The notes under the pieces are model-generated. The model was not told the DNA's origin and did not search any database. It worked only from the letters and a program-made list of their open reading frames with translations. Position numbers and translations under genes: made by a program. Below are positions 1-8,585 of a DNA stretch of 24,802 bases, in pieces. The DNA comes from a virus. Lineage: Duplodnaviria > Caudoviricetes. Location: the IMG/VR virus record IMGVR_UViG_3300037483_001077, positions 1 to 24,802 of that record; one strand, 5' to 3'. How positions within the stretch are numbered: the stretch's first letter is position 1; each line of letters starts with the position of its first letter.

Positions 1-128
1 TCGGCCGCGAGCGCCTCGCCGCCGGCGGTGCGCGTGAGCCGCGAGACCTGCGTGTTGCCCTCGCCGAGCGCCCCGCGCGGATCGAACTGGCGCGGCGCCG
101 GCGCGTGGCGGCCCTGACGGTTTGGCAT
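1..128 (-). CDS. 5' part of a probable internal virion (ejection) protein, truncated by the window edge
   Basis: ATG at 128 directly follows the TAG of 129..815, with GAGGA upstream. Reads MPNRQGRHAPAPRQFDPRGALGEG... and stays open to the edge. Function inferred from position only. Confidence 0.6.
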   Translation of the reverse strand, partial: MPNRQGRHAPAPRQFDPRGALGEGNTQVSRLTRTAGGEALAA

Positions 129-815
129 CTATCCTCGCCTCAGAATGTCGAACGCGGTGCCGCCGATCTCGGTCAGCGAGCGCGCCGAGGCTTCGGTTCT
201 CAGCGCGTCGGCCTCCGCGCCCGCCGCGAACCTCGCCGAGGCCGCCCTCAGGAGCCCGCCGCGGCGGCGCTCGCGCGCCTGGAGCTTGAGGCTCGCCGCC
301 CGTTCGCGCAGCCGCGTCCCCCGGAAATCCTCGGTCGAGCGGTCGACCTGGAGCGCGCGGTTGGTGTCCCTCACCGCCTCTTTTCTCGCCTCGGCCGGGG
401 TTCCGAACGAAAGATCGACGCCGCCGGCGGCGACCGCGGTGTCCTGCTCGCCGAGCTGGGCGAGCAGCATCTTCTTCAGGGAGTTGCGCCGCTCGAGACC
501 CTGAATGCCCTCGACACCGATCTCGGTCAGGGCATCGCCCGCCGCGAGATCGAGATTGAGCCCCTCGGTCGCCGCGGCATCCTCGATCGAGGCCGCCTCG
601 AGGATGCCCGAGGCGGACGCCGCGTCGGCCCGGATGGCGCCGGCGCGCGACAGGGCGAGCGCCGATCCGACCGACAGCGCCCCTTGCAGGATCGAGCCGG
701 CGAGCGAGAGCCCGCCCGAGGCCGCGGTGGCGAGGCCGGTGGTCGCCGCGCCGGCGGCGGCCGCGCCTCCGAACTGGGCCGCCACCGCGGAAATCGCGCC
801 TGCCGCGAGTTCCAT
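129..815 (-). CDS. Internal virion/ejection protein (T7 gp14-like position)
   Basis: 228 aa. Ala/Gly-rich hydrophobic N-terminus, AAGGVDLSFGTP motif, helical C-half. GGAGGGG RBS. Directly after tail tubular B. Confidence 0.7.
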   Translation of the reverse strand: MELAAGAISAVAAQFGGAAAAGAATTGLATAASGGLSLAGSILQGALSVGSALALSRAGAIRADAASASGILEAASIEDAAATEGLNLDLAAGDALTEIGVEGIQGLERRNSLKKMLLAQLGEQDTAVAAGGVDLSFGTPAEARKEAVRDTNRALQVDRSTEDFRGTRLRERAASLKLQARERRRGGLLRAASARFAAGAEADALRTEASARSLTEIGGTAFDILRRG

Positions 816-825
816 TTGCCCCTCC

Positions 826-3273
826 CTAGAGTTTTGCCTCGCGGGTCATATCCCGCACCTGGAGCGTACCGGGCCTGACCTGCGTGACCAGAACCTCTCC
901 GCTCGCGGTGTAGCCGGAAAGCCCGCCCACCGAGAGCTCGCCGGTGAAGGGCTCGACGATATCCTGGTCCGAGAGCCCGGCGAAGTAGAGCGGAACGTCG
1001 TTCACCGGTCCGCCGTTGCCGGCGATCGCGATCGAGGTGGTCGCGATCACGTCGGCCTTGACGGTGTGCACCCGGATCGGCCGTGCCAGCACCGTGCGCT
1101 CGGCGACGAGCCGGGGGATCGGCAGCGGCATCATCCTTGGCGGCGTCCACCGGCCCACGGTGACGTTCGCCGCCGGGTCCTGGAGCGTGATCTGTCCGCC
1201 CGTCACCGTGAACGGGCCGAGCGGAGCCCCGTCGGCGATCGCCCACACCTCCGCGCCCTCGTAGTCGCCGAGACCGGCCACCGTCGTCGCCGCCGGCGCG
1301 TTGACGATGTCGGTGGCGCAGTCGACGAGCAGATTTTGCTCGAGCCGCTCGTAGAACCTGACGCCTTCGCCGTCGACCTGTCGCTCGACGATCAGATACG
1401 GGACGTTGGCGCCATCGACGCAGACCGATTTGACCGCGCCGTCCGTGGTCCAGCGCACGAAGCCGGTCACGTCCTGGTTTCGGATCAGGATGCCGACCGC
1501 CATCGCGCCATCCTCGCGCGGCAGGAAGTAGCGGGCGGCGTCGCTTTCGGTTTCCGGCCGCTGGAGCGCGGCGTCGACGATCCCCTCGACGAGGTGCGAG
1601 GCGAGAAGCGACATCGGCTGGGAGTCGTAAGCCTGGCTGATGTCCGAATAGAGCGCCGCGTAGGCGACCGAGCGGTTCTTCGAGATGTAGTAGAGCTCGC
1701 CCTCCGACGACACCACCGGCACCTGGGGCGCCGAGCCGTTGCGCGAGGCCTCGACGATGTTCAAGGGCGTGTTGCGGCCGATCGTCCGGTCGGAGACGAA
1801 ATACTCCGCGTCCGAGGTGAACAGCACCAGATGCCGCGAGCGCTCGATACGTTGCAGGCGCTCGGCGCCCTCCGTATCGAGATTGGCGAGGATCGCGCCC
1901 GTGTCGGACGCGATCTCGATGTTCAGGTTGAAGTAGTCTCCCGTGGCGCTGGCGAGGAGCGCTCCCTTCTTGGCGGCGAAGCCGCCGGTCCACAGCCGGT
2001 CCTGGTAGAACCTGGCGCACGCCGCCCAGCCGCGGGTGTCCGAAATCAGATCCTCGCCGCCCAGCTCGCCGATCTGGCTATGGGCGACCGTGGCGGCCGA
2101 ATCGGCGTGGCTGACCACGGCGGCGGCGAGGCTCCGGCCGCCGCCTTCGTTGCCCGTCCCCGTGAACTGGATCACGAACCGGAAAAAGGTGGCGGTGACG
2201 GCGTCGCGGGTGCAGGCGATGCCGGCCGCGACCGACGGCAGCGCCTCGATCGCGACCGCGAGGCTGGCGCAGAACGCATCGATGTCGGCGTCGTCGTCGC
2301 CGCCGGTGTCGACCACCGTGACCCCTTCGGTCTCCTCGCCGTCGATGGTGACGGTGACGACGCGCCCGTAACGGCCGCCGGTGGGATGCTGAACATAGAC
2401 CGACCAGATGTCGGTGATGTTCACGTAAGCCCCGCCAAGGTCGACCTGCGGCACGTCGGTGAACGGCACGTCGTCCCATGGCCATTCGGCGTCGGACCCA
2501 TCGCGCAGGATCCGCCGCGACCGCCGCGCCGGGTGAAACAGCAGCAGCGTGTCGAACCGTTGCTCGGCGATGACGTTGTCGACCTCGGCGGCGAGGAACT
2601 CGGTCTCGGCCGCGCCGGTCAGGACACCGTCCTTGTAGATGTCCACATGCCTCTCGGACAGGACGTAGGTGTAGGTCTCGTTGTCGTCGAAGGTGAACGG
2701 CCGCGTCCGTTCCGAGGTATATTCCGCGCCCTCGGACCTGGCGGTCAGCGAGGTGACGGTGATGTCGATCGACGCCGGCGGCGTGGTCGCGAGCCGGACC
2801 CGGATGCCGACGGCGCTCACCGGCGCGCCCGGTTCGAGCGCCCGCATCTGGTTGCGGGCCGACGGCGTGAGGCGCATCGCGGGTCCGAACGCGCTCCACG
2901 ACGAGCCGTTGTCCCATTCGATCTGGAGCGCGTCCTCGAGATCGTCGGTGTGGTCGGACGAAAACCCGCTGACCGCGACCACGGACACCGGCTGCGCGGC
3001 GGCGAACCGGATTTCGAACACCGTTCCGGGCCCGGCGAAGGCACCGCTCGAGTCGGTCTCCTGCGACGTGGCCAGATCCGAGAGCTGGCGCCGGATCCGG
3101 CCGAGCTTGCGCGACCGCGCCATCAGCCGGAAGCCGCCCTGGGCGACCGGCTCGACATTGGTGAGCTCTCCGGCGGCGGAATAGAAGGACTTGAGGCCGA
3201 ACTGGCCGTGCGTCTCCGGCGCCAGCTCGCCGGCGGTGAAATACGACTGGTAGGCTCCGGGCCGCGCGACCAT
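826..3273 (-). CDS. Tail tubular protein B / nozzle (T7 gp12-like)
   Basis: 815 aa. N-terminal QSYFTAGELAP...NVEPVAQGGFRL, plus GWAACARFYQDRLW, ASATGDYFN, LVLFTSDAEY and QDVTGFVRW motifs typical of this family. Confidence 0.9.
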   Translation of the reverse strand: MVARPGAYQSYFTAGELAPETHGQFGLKSFYSAAGELTNVEPVAQGGFRLMARSRKLGRIRRQLSDLATSQETDSSGAFAGPGTVFEIRFAAAQPVSVVAVSGFSSDHTDDLEDALQIEWDNGSSWSAFGPAMRLTPSARNQMRALEPGAPVSAVGIRVRLATTPPASIDITVTSLTARSEGAEYTSERTRPFTFDDNETYTYVLSERHVDIYKDGVLTGAAETEFLAAEVDNVIAEQRFDTLLLFHPARRSRRILRDGSDAEWPWDDVPFTDVPQVDLGGAYVNITDIWSVYVQHPTGGRYGRVVTVTIDGEETEGVTVVDTGGDDDADIDAFCASLAVAIEALPSVAAGIACTRDAVTATFFRFVIQFTGTGNEGGGRSLAAAVVSHADSAATVAHSQIGELGGEDLISDTRGWAACARFYQDRLWTGGFAAKKGALLASATGDYFNLNIEIASDTGAILANLDTEGAERLQRIERSRHLVLFTSDAEYFVSDRTIGRNTPLNIVEASRNGSAPQVPVVSSEGELYYISKNRSVAYAALYSDISQAYDSQPMSLLASHLVEGIVDAALQRPETESDAARYFLPREDGAMAVGILIRNQDVTGFVRWTTDGAVKSVCVDGANVPYLIVERQVDGEGVRFYERLEQNLLVDCATDIVNAPAATTVAGLGDYEGAEVWAIADGAPLGPFTVTGGQITLQDPAANVTVGRWTPPRMMPLPIPRLVAERTVLARPIRVHTVKADVIATTSIAIAGNGGPVNDVPLYFAGLSDQDIVEPFTGELSVGGLSGYTASGEVLVTQVRPGTLQVRDMTREAKL

Positions 3274-3276
3274 TCC

Positions 3277-3324
3277 CTAAATTCCCCGTCGCGGCCGCGC
3301 CGCCCCGCGCCTCTTGGCGGTCAT
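3277..3324 (-). CDS. Possible 15-aa basic mini-ORF (MTAKRRGAARPRRGI)
   Basis: ATGA overlap with the tail tubular A stop; ends 3 nt before the tail tubular B ATG. Near-identical to the mini-ORF at 21948..21998. Confidence 0.35.
   Translation of the reverse strand: MTAKRRGAARPRRGI
3281..3317 (-). repeat. Dispersed hairpin element, copy 1 of 3
   Basis: Minus strand AGAGGCGCGGG-GCGGC-GCG-GCCGC-GACGGGGAAT; matches copies at 18277 and 21960. Confidence 0.8.
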
Positions 3325-3974
3325 GACAGATGCGCCGTGGTCAAATCGTCGTTTGTCGCGATCGGGCTCGGCCCCGGCGAGCCGGACACATCCTGGTTGA
3401 TCGCGACCCCGACGAGCCCGCCCCTGCCGCCGAGCTCGACCGGGCCTTCGCCGCGCAGGCGCAGCTCCTCGGCGAGCCTGGCATCGCCCGCGACCGGGAT
3501 CGCGAGATCGGAGGCGATCAGAACCATCGCCGCGAGCCGGAACGACGCCGGCCACGCCGCCGGGTCGGCGCGCACCCCGACGCTCGCCCACAGCGGGTGA
3601 AAATCCGCGTACAGCCGGCCCTCCTCGAGCAGATAGTCCCTGAGCGGCGCGTGCGGCGCCCTCGGATTGGTGAGCACCCGCCTCGGCGTTCCGATCGCGT
3701 CGCCCGGCAGCTGGAAGGCGTGGCGGTAGCCGTTGCCCCAATAGTCGGTGGCGTCCCAGCCGTTCTCGGCGCTCCCGGCGATCTCGTCGAGCTTGTATGT
3801 GCGCCGGTTGAACTGCCAGGCGTGGAGCGCGAGCAGGCTGTCGCGCCGCGCCTCGTAAACCGCGTTCACCTTGCGCGCGAGCTCGGTCTCCTCGTCGAAC
3901 GCGAAAATCTCGCCGCCGCCGAACTGCGCCAGCGCGCCATTGGCGATCGAAAGCTCGTCGATCACGCTTGCCAC
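3321..3974 (-). CDS. Tail tubular protein A / adaptor (T7 gp11-like)
   Basis: 217 aa, GTG start with GAGGGAG RBS. ELSIANGALAQFG...LLALHAWQFNRR...AFQLPGD...WPASF motifs. Confidence 0.88.
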   Translation of the reverse strand: MASVIDELSIANGALAQFGGGEIFAFDEETELARKVNAVYEARRDSLLALHAWQFNRRTYKLDEIAGSAENGWDATDYWGNGYRHAFQLPGDAIGTPRRVLTNPRAPHAPLRDYLLEEGRLYADFHPLWASVGVRADPAAWPASFRLAAMVLIASDLAIPVAGDARLAEELRLRGEGPVELGGRGGLVGVAINQDVSGSPGPSPIATNDDLTTAHLS

Positions 3975-4001
3975 GGGTCAGCTCCCTCGAAAGAGTGGCA
4001 A

Positions 4002-4037
4002 CGGCGCCGCGGGGGGAGGCCCGGCCCCGCGACGCCG
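4002..4037 (-). terminator. Putative terminator/attenuator hairpin after the capsid and decoration genes
   Basis: 13-bp GC stem with one G-U pair in the minus-strand RNA and a 10-nt loop. Only a weak U tail (GTTGCCACTCTTTC). A second hairpin without a U tract lies at 4649..4673. Confidence 0.45.
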
Positions 4038-4052
4038 CCGGCCGGTCACTGG

Positions 4053-4619
4053 TCAGGCGCCGAACGCGATCCAGTTGACCTTCTTTGTGAACGTCGTCGC
4101 CGCGATCAGCGTCGCGTCGGCGTCGGTCGACTTCCAGCCCTTGATGATGACCGAGCCGGCCGCCGGCGAGCCCGCCTGGTCGCCGATCGTCGCCGAGACG
4201 TGCATCGCCCCGTCGACCGGATCGTCGTCGAGCGAGGCGACGACGGCGACGACGGTGGCGAGCCCGGTCACGACCGTGTCGGCCGCCGCGACCGTGGTGT
4301 GCTGGCCGCGCGCGACCTTGTAGTTCGCCCCGGCGATGCCGGTGACGCCGAGCTCGGCGACCACCACGTTCGACGGCGCCGCCGGGATCGAGGTCACGAT
4401 CAGGCGCGACCAGGTCGGCGTTCCGCCGACCGAGCAGATGGCATCGATCGTGTCGCCGACCTTGAACCGGCCGCGGGCCGAGTTCCAGTAGCCGGCGGCG
4501 AGCACCGCGGTGATCGCCTCCGTGGTCCGGTAAACGAAATTCGACGAGGTTCCCGAAGCGCCGGTCGCGCTCGCGGCGCCGATCGTCTGCCGGGCAAGCT
4601 GCTTTGCATTGTAGGCCAT
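4053..4619 (-). CDS. Capsid decoration/cement protein with an extra C-terminal beta domain
   Basis: 188 aa directly after the capsid gene. YRTTEAITAVLAAGYWN...KVGDTI motif; ends VNWIAFGA. Confidence 0.65.
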   Translation of the reverse strand: MAYNAKQLARQTIGAASATGASGTSSNFVYRTTEAITAVLAAGYWNSARGRFKVGDTIDAICSVGGTPTWSRLIVTSIPAAPSNVVVAELGVTGIAGANYKVARGQHTTVAAADTVVTGLATVVAVVASLDDDPVDGAMHVSATIGDQAGSPAAGSVIIKGWKSTDADATLIAATTFTKKVNWIAFGA

Positions 4620-4687
4620 GGGTCAGATCCCCTTTCGTGGTCCGGTGGCCGGCCGGGCGATGCGCCCGACCGGATGGCGCGCGCGGA

Positions 4688-5668
4688 TTACGCGCCGTCG
4701 ATGGTGAGCGCCAGATCCAGCGCCATGTGGAGGCGCCGGACGCCCGGCGTCTGGAGCACCTTGGCCGCGCCCGACATCACCGTGTTGTAGAGCCACGACG
4801 TGAACAGGTTCTCGTAGGTGATCCGCGACACCATCGAGTAGTTCGCGCCGAAGCCGAGGGTCCTGCGGTTCCACAGATACGAATAGAACTCGCCGGTCGC
4901 CGGCGAGGTGAACGCCTCGTCGGGGAGCTGGAAGTAGTGCACCCCGTTCCAGGTCTTGGCGTTCCTGCCGTTGGCGAAGGTGAGATCGGGTCCGGTGTAG
5001 TCGGCGTTGTTGAACACCTTGTACAAGTTGAGCTGTTCCCAGGAGATCGATGGCAGGGGGCAGAAGAATTCGTTCATCGACATCATGCCGATCGAGTTGA
5101 TCTGCGCCTTGGCCGTCGTGGTGTCGAGCGGCGAGATCGCCGTCGATCCGTCGCCGATGGTGGTGATGTTGGCGAGCTCGTCATCCATCGCCTGGAGGAT
5201 GATGCGGTCGAACTTGCGGCCCATCGCCATCGCGCCGGCCTCCTGGATCTGGGTCCGGAAGTCGACCGACATGCGCTCGATCTCGCCATGGCGGATGAAC
5301 TCGGCGAACTGGAAGTCCGCCATCACCACGTCCTCGGTGGTCTTGCCGAGGTTGACCGGCTGGATCATTTCGACCGTCTGCGACATTTCCGAGGCCTCGC
5401 CGCGACCGAGAATGAAGAAGCGCAGCGTGTTGCCGCGGACCTCGACCGGCGGCGTGGTGGTGCCGCGCAGGAAAAAGCCCTCGGACTGGAGAATGTGGGC
5501 GACGCGCTTGTCGTATTGGGTCGTGTACCAGTTGGGCGCCTCGAGCGAGGCGAGATAGGCGAAGCCGATGCCGCCCGCCGCATCGGGCCCCACCGCGAAG
5601 GTGAGAATGGCGGCCACGGCGACGAGGCCCGCGAAACCGAGGGCCCAGAAGCGCTGATTGGAAGTCAT
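4688..5668 (-). CDS. Major capsid protein (podovirus type)
   Basis: 326 aa, GGGAGA RBS. APNWYTTQYDKRVAHILQ, AMAMGRKFDRIILQAM, VFNNADY, TWNGVHY and MSGAAKVLQTPGV motifs. Position between scaffold module and tail tubular genes. Confidence 0.9.
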   Translation of the reverse strand: MTSNQRFWALGFAGLVAVAAILTFAVGPDAAGGIGFAYLASLEAPNWYTTQYDKRVAHILQSEGFFLRGTTTPPVEVRGNTLRFFILGRGEASEMSQTVEMIQPVNLGKTTEDVVMADFQFAEFIRHGEIERMSVDFRTQIQEAGAMAMGRKFDRIILQAMDDELANITTIGDGSTAISPLDTTTAKAQINSIGMMSMNEFFCPLPSISWEQLNLYKVFNNADYTGPDLTFANGRNAKTWNGVHYFQLPDEAFTSPATGEFYSYLWNRRTLGFGANYSMVSRITYENLFTSWLYNTVMSGAAKVLQTPGVRRLHMALDLALTIDGA

Positions 5669-5716
5669 GGCAGGTCTCCCGCCTTGAGTGTGAGTGCGAA
5701 AGCCCGCTTCAAGGCC

Positions 5717-5773
5717 GATTGCCGAGGCGCCGCCGGGTCCCCGTTCGGGATTGCCAGCCGCGGCGACGGGTCC
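5717..5773 (-). promoter_or_regulatory. Tandem GGACCCG-N10/11-GGCAATC motif in the capsid 5' leader
   Basis: Two copies (5749..5773 and 5717..5740) in the 149-nt non-coding leader. Confidence 0.55.
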
Positions 5774-5794
5774 ATCCCCTCGCGAGACGGAACC

Positions 5795-5826
5795 ACAATG
5801 ACGTGTGACGGCAGGCGTTAAACGCC
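5795..5826 (-). promoter_or_regulatory. Putative late promoter for the capsid gene
   Basis: GGCGTTTAA-N17-CATTGT. Confidence 0.7.
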
Positions 5827-7164
5827 GACGCCGGGTCCGATCCAGAGCCGGTCGTGGCGCTCGCGCTGGCCGGTCGGCTGGCCCTCGTAGGTCACCGGGA
5901 TCGCGGTGTCGGTCTCGATCGCGATCCCGATCTCCCTGAGCTTGTCGGCCGTGAGCGCGAGCGCGGTGTCGGTCTCGGCCGCGATCCCGGCGGTCAGCGC
6001 CCGGACATGGAGCGCGGGCTGCGCGGTATCGGCCTCGACGGCGATGGCGATCGCCAGTTCCTTGACCGCGGTCACCGGCTGGGCGGCGTCGGTCTCGGCC
6101 GCGAGGCCGGGCTCGCGCGACTTGGCCGCGATCACCGGCTGGGCCGTGTCGGTCTCGGCCGCCTGGCCGATCGGGGTGCCGAACGCCGGGGTCACGGCGA
6201 AGGCCGTGTCCACCGTTCCCGGCAGCGCGATCTCCTTGAGCTTGTCGCGGCCGAGGGCATTGGCGGTGTCGGTCTCGAGCGCCTGGCCGATCAGCGTTCC
6301 GACAACGACAGTGAACGCGAACGCGCTGTCGACCTCCACCGCGAGACCCGCCTCGCGCGACTTGAGCGCGGTCGCGGCCTGGGCGCTGTCCACCTCGGCC
6401 GCGAGCCCGACCTCACGGGTTTTCAGCGCGGTCACCGAGCCGGCGGTGTCGGTCTCCGTCGCAAGCCCGACCGGCGTTCCGCCGCCCGCCGTATCCTCGA
6501 ACGCGGCCAGCCAGCAGATGGCCTCGTGGCCGCTGCCGCTCCAGCCCAGTGACGTGGATTTCACCCCGGCCGCCTGCCCGGCGGCGGCAAAATCGATCAA
6601 ATGCGCGATCCCGTTGTCGCCGCCCTGCGCAGTCACACCGCCGCTGGTCAGTGGCGATGCGAGCGGTCCAGCCCCGAAGCCGCCGAGGGTTTGCATCCGC
6701 CAGCATCCGCCGCCGATGAGCAGCAGATCGCTCGACGCGATCGAGCCGGTGTTGCCGCTGCCCAGAGGGGATGAAGATCCGGTGCCGGAGTTGGCGCTTT
6801 TTGCTCCGGCGACTCCGAATGTGTAGGCCCCGTCCGGCGCGTATTCGACGACCGTGAGCCGCTTGCTGTTAGTAGTACCGTCATCGCCGGAGAACGTATC
6901 CGGCGTTGATGCGGTGACCGGCTTCCACCACACCGAGCAGGACTGTCTGGCGTTCGCGTCGGCGAGTTCTTGATCATTCGACGCGTCGGCGATCTTGGTC
7001 CAGCCGCCCTCGGTATCCTCCAGCACGTGATCGGCATGAGCGGTGCCGGCGCGCTGCGACAGGACACCGATGAGGAGGTTCCCCTCGGTCGGCGCGGCAC
7101 CAAGCGTCACTGCCGCCGGATCCGCGAAATTGGACGCCGACTGGACTTTCGAGAACGTGGTCAT
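5818..7164 (-). CDS. Head-fibre/spike-like structural protein: N-terminal beta-rich domain plus repeat stalk
   Basis: 448 aa, Ala/Thr/Gly-rich. Ten exact-period 20-aa repeats in the C-half. Lies in the cassette with the spike-base gene. Confidence 0.7.
   Translation of the reverse strand: MTTFSKVQSASNFADPAAVTLGAAPTEGNLLIGVLSQRAGTAHADHVLEDTEGGWTKIADASNDQELADANARQSCSVWWKPVTASTPDTFSGDDGTTNSKRLTVVEYAPDGAYTFGVAGAKSANSGTGSSSPLGSGNTGSIASSDLLLIGGGCWRMQTLGGFGAGPLASPLTSGGVTAQGGDNGIAHLIDFAAAGQAAGVKSTSLGWSGSGHEAICWLAAFEDTAGGGTPVGLATETDTAGSVTALKTREVGLAAEVDSAQAATALKSREAGLAVEVDSAFAFTVVVGTLIGQALETDTANALGRDKLKEIALPGTVDTAFAVTPAFGTPIGQAAETDTAQPVIAAKSREPGLAAETDAAQPVTAVKELAIAIAVEADTAQPALHVRALTAGIAAETDTALALTADKLREIGIAIETDTAIPVTYEGQPTGQRERHDRLWIGPGVGV
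5869..6468 (-). repeat. Ten tandem 60-nt (20-aa) degenerate coding repeats
   Basis: Consensus G[LQI]AxE[TV]D[TS]Axx[VL]TAxKxxxx. GTGTCGGTCTC or a variant recurs every 60 nt without indels. Confidence 0.92.
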
Positions 7165-7430
7165 CCGACCATCGAAATCGAGAACGGAAAGATAATGGTC
7201 CCCTCGCGGTCGCGCGTCGCCACCATGCCACGGCTAGCCAGGTCCGTTTTTCTGGTGTCCGTCGGATCGATATCGATGCGCGCGCGGGACGGGTGCCTCA
7301 CCAGTTGCGACGTGCCCCGCGTTGTCTCGTTGGCGCTGTCGGCGCTCACGATTTCGAGCGTCACATCATCATAGGTGACGGATAGTGTCCGCGTCCCATG
7401 CGCGTGGATGACCTGTCTGACCAGCGCCAT
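7161..7430 (-). CDS. Hypothetical protein (fibre accessory?)
   Basis: 89 aa, ATGA overlap with the fibre gene. Confidence 0.65.
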   Translation of the reverse strand: MALVRQVIHAHGTRTLSVTYDDVTLEIVSADSANETTRGTSQLVRHPSRARIDIDPTDTRKTDLASRGMVATRDREGTIIFPFSISMVG

Positions 7431-7442
7431 GGATCGGCCGGC

Positions 7443-7778
7443 TCACGCCGGCAGGAAGCCCCTGATCCGGGCGTAGTGGCCGCGCGCCTCCTTGCCCTGC
7501 GAGGCGCGCGCGGTGCCGCGGCCGGGCCGGTAGGTCTTCTGGGCGAACTTGGCCGCCCTTGTCATCTTGATTTCGAGCCCGCCCGGCCCCATCGCCGCCT
7601 GGATGTCGAGCTTGATCGCCTGATAGGCGACCTCGAGCCAGTATTTGTCGAGCCTGGCCTCGCCGACGCCGAGCTCCTCGAGCCACGCGGGATAGGCGGC
7701 CGCCGAATCGACGATCACCCGGCGCGGGTTGTTGGGGTCGATCGCCGCCCACTTCGGGAGCTGGATCACTCGGGCCAT
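7443..7778 (-). CDS. Hypothetical protein
   Basis: 111 aa, AAGGAG RBS, fits the operon. Confidence 0.75.
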   Translation of the reverse strand: MARVIQLPKWAAIDPNNPRRVIVDSAAAYPAWLEELGVGEARLDKYWLEVAYQAIKLDIQAAMGPGGLEIKMTRAAKFAQKTYRPGRGTARASQGKEARGHYARIRGFLPA

Positions 7779-7793
7779 GGCGGCTCCTTTCGT

Positions 7794-8225
7794 TCAGGCC
7801 GCGCGGGCGAAGCCGGCGGCGTTGATCTGGAGCGTCACGTCCGAGCCGTCCGGCGTGATCGCGAAGTCGTGATGGGTGAGCGGGACGCGGGTCGTCTCGG
7901 CCGCCGCGTTCTCGTAGGCGACGATCGCCTTGGTGATCGCCGCGCCGGCGAGCGCCGTCCATGTCTGGTCGGGAATGTCGACATCGACCCGATCGTTGGT
8001 GTCGTCGACCGTGACGGTCCCGCTGATGCCCGTCTTGCGCGCATAGGAGGCATCCACCGCCTCGGTGTTGCCGGCCGCGCCGAGCAGCGCGTCGAGCTCG
8101 TCGTGATCGACGAGCGCCGCCTCGGCCTCGTTGGCGGTCAGGAGCAGCACGATCCCGTTGGCGGCCGCGTCGCGGAACATCTCGGCGAACGCGCCCTTGG
8201 CAATGTTGAACACGCCGTCGGCCAT
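7794..8225 (-). CDS. Small structural protein of the type that precedes repeat fibres (fibre base/adaptor-like)
   Basis: 143 aa, GAGGAG RBS. MADGVFNIAKG...YARKT...VDDTNDRVDVDIPDQTWTA...PLTHHDFAITPDGSDVTLQINAAGF, a pattern I associate with minor structural proteins of actinobacterial and other phages. Confidence 0.6.
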   Translation of the reverse strand: MADGVFNIAKGAFAEMFRDAAANGIVLLLTANEAEAALVDHDELDALLGAAGNTEAVDASYARKTGISGTVTVDDTNDRVDVDIPDQTWTALAGAAITKAIVAYENAAAETTRVPLTHHDFAITPDGSDVTLQINAAGFARAA

Positions 8226-8235
8226 GTTGGTCTCC

Positions 8236-8559
8236 TCAGTAGCCGTGAATCTCGATATCGCTCGATGTGCCGGTCGCCCACACCCGCCGCGCCGTCACCG
8301 GCTCGGTCCACAGGCCGGGCGGAAACGTCAGCGTGATATCGTCCTCTCCGGCGTCTCGCCCGATCGGCGTCAGCTTCACCGTCCCGACGCCCCCGGTGAC
8401 GGCGTCCGGCACGAACACCCGGAGCGACTTGGCGTGCTCGGCGAGATCGGTGGTATCGGATCTGAGGTCGGTCGCGCCCTTGAGGATCGTGATCGGCGTC
8501 AGCGACGGCGCCGCCGCCACCATCGCCGCCTCGCCGGTGTGATATCTGTCCTTCGGCAT
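8236..8559 (-). CDS. Head spike base protein, RcGTA Rcc01079-like
   Basis: 107 aa. SDTTDL...KSLRVFV...GTVKL...ITLTFPPG...PVTARRVWATGTSS.IEI matches the family's P-V-x-x-x-R-V-x-A-T-G-T C-terminal signature. Confidence 0.7.
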   Translation of the reverse strand: MPKDRYHTGEAAMVAAAPSLTPITILKGATDLRSDTTDLAEHAKSLRVFVPDAVTGGVGTVKLTPIGRDAGEDDITLTFPPGLWTEPVTARRVWATGTSSDIEIHGY

Positions 8560-8585
8560 GGCTATCGCCTTTTGGGTCCGGCCCT

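Noticed and set aside
4623-4874. T7 10A/10B-style capsid frameshift extension
   Set aside because: No slippery heptamer noticed at the capsid 3' end, and the alternative frame stops at 4623 without joining the decoration gene.
5869-6468. 60-nt periodic repeats as a CRISPR array
   Set aside because: In-frame degenerate coding repeats varying at synonymous positions; no repeat-spacer structure and no cas genes.
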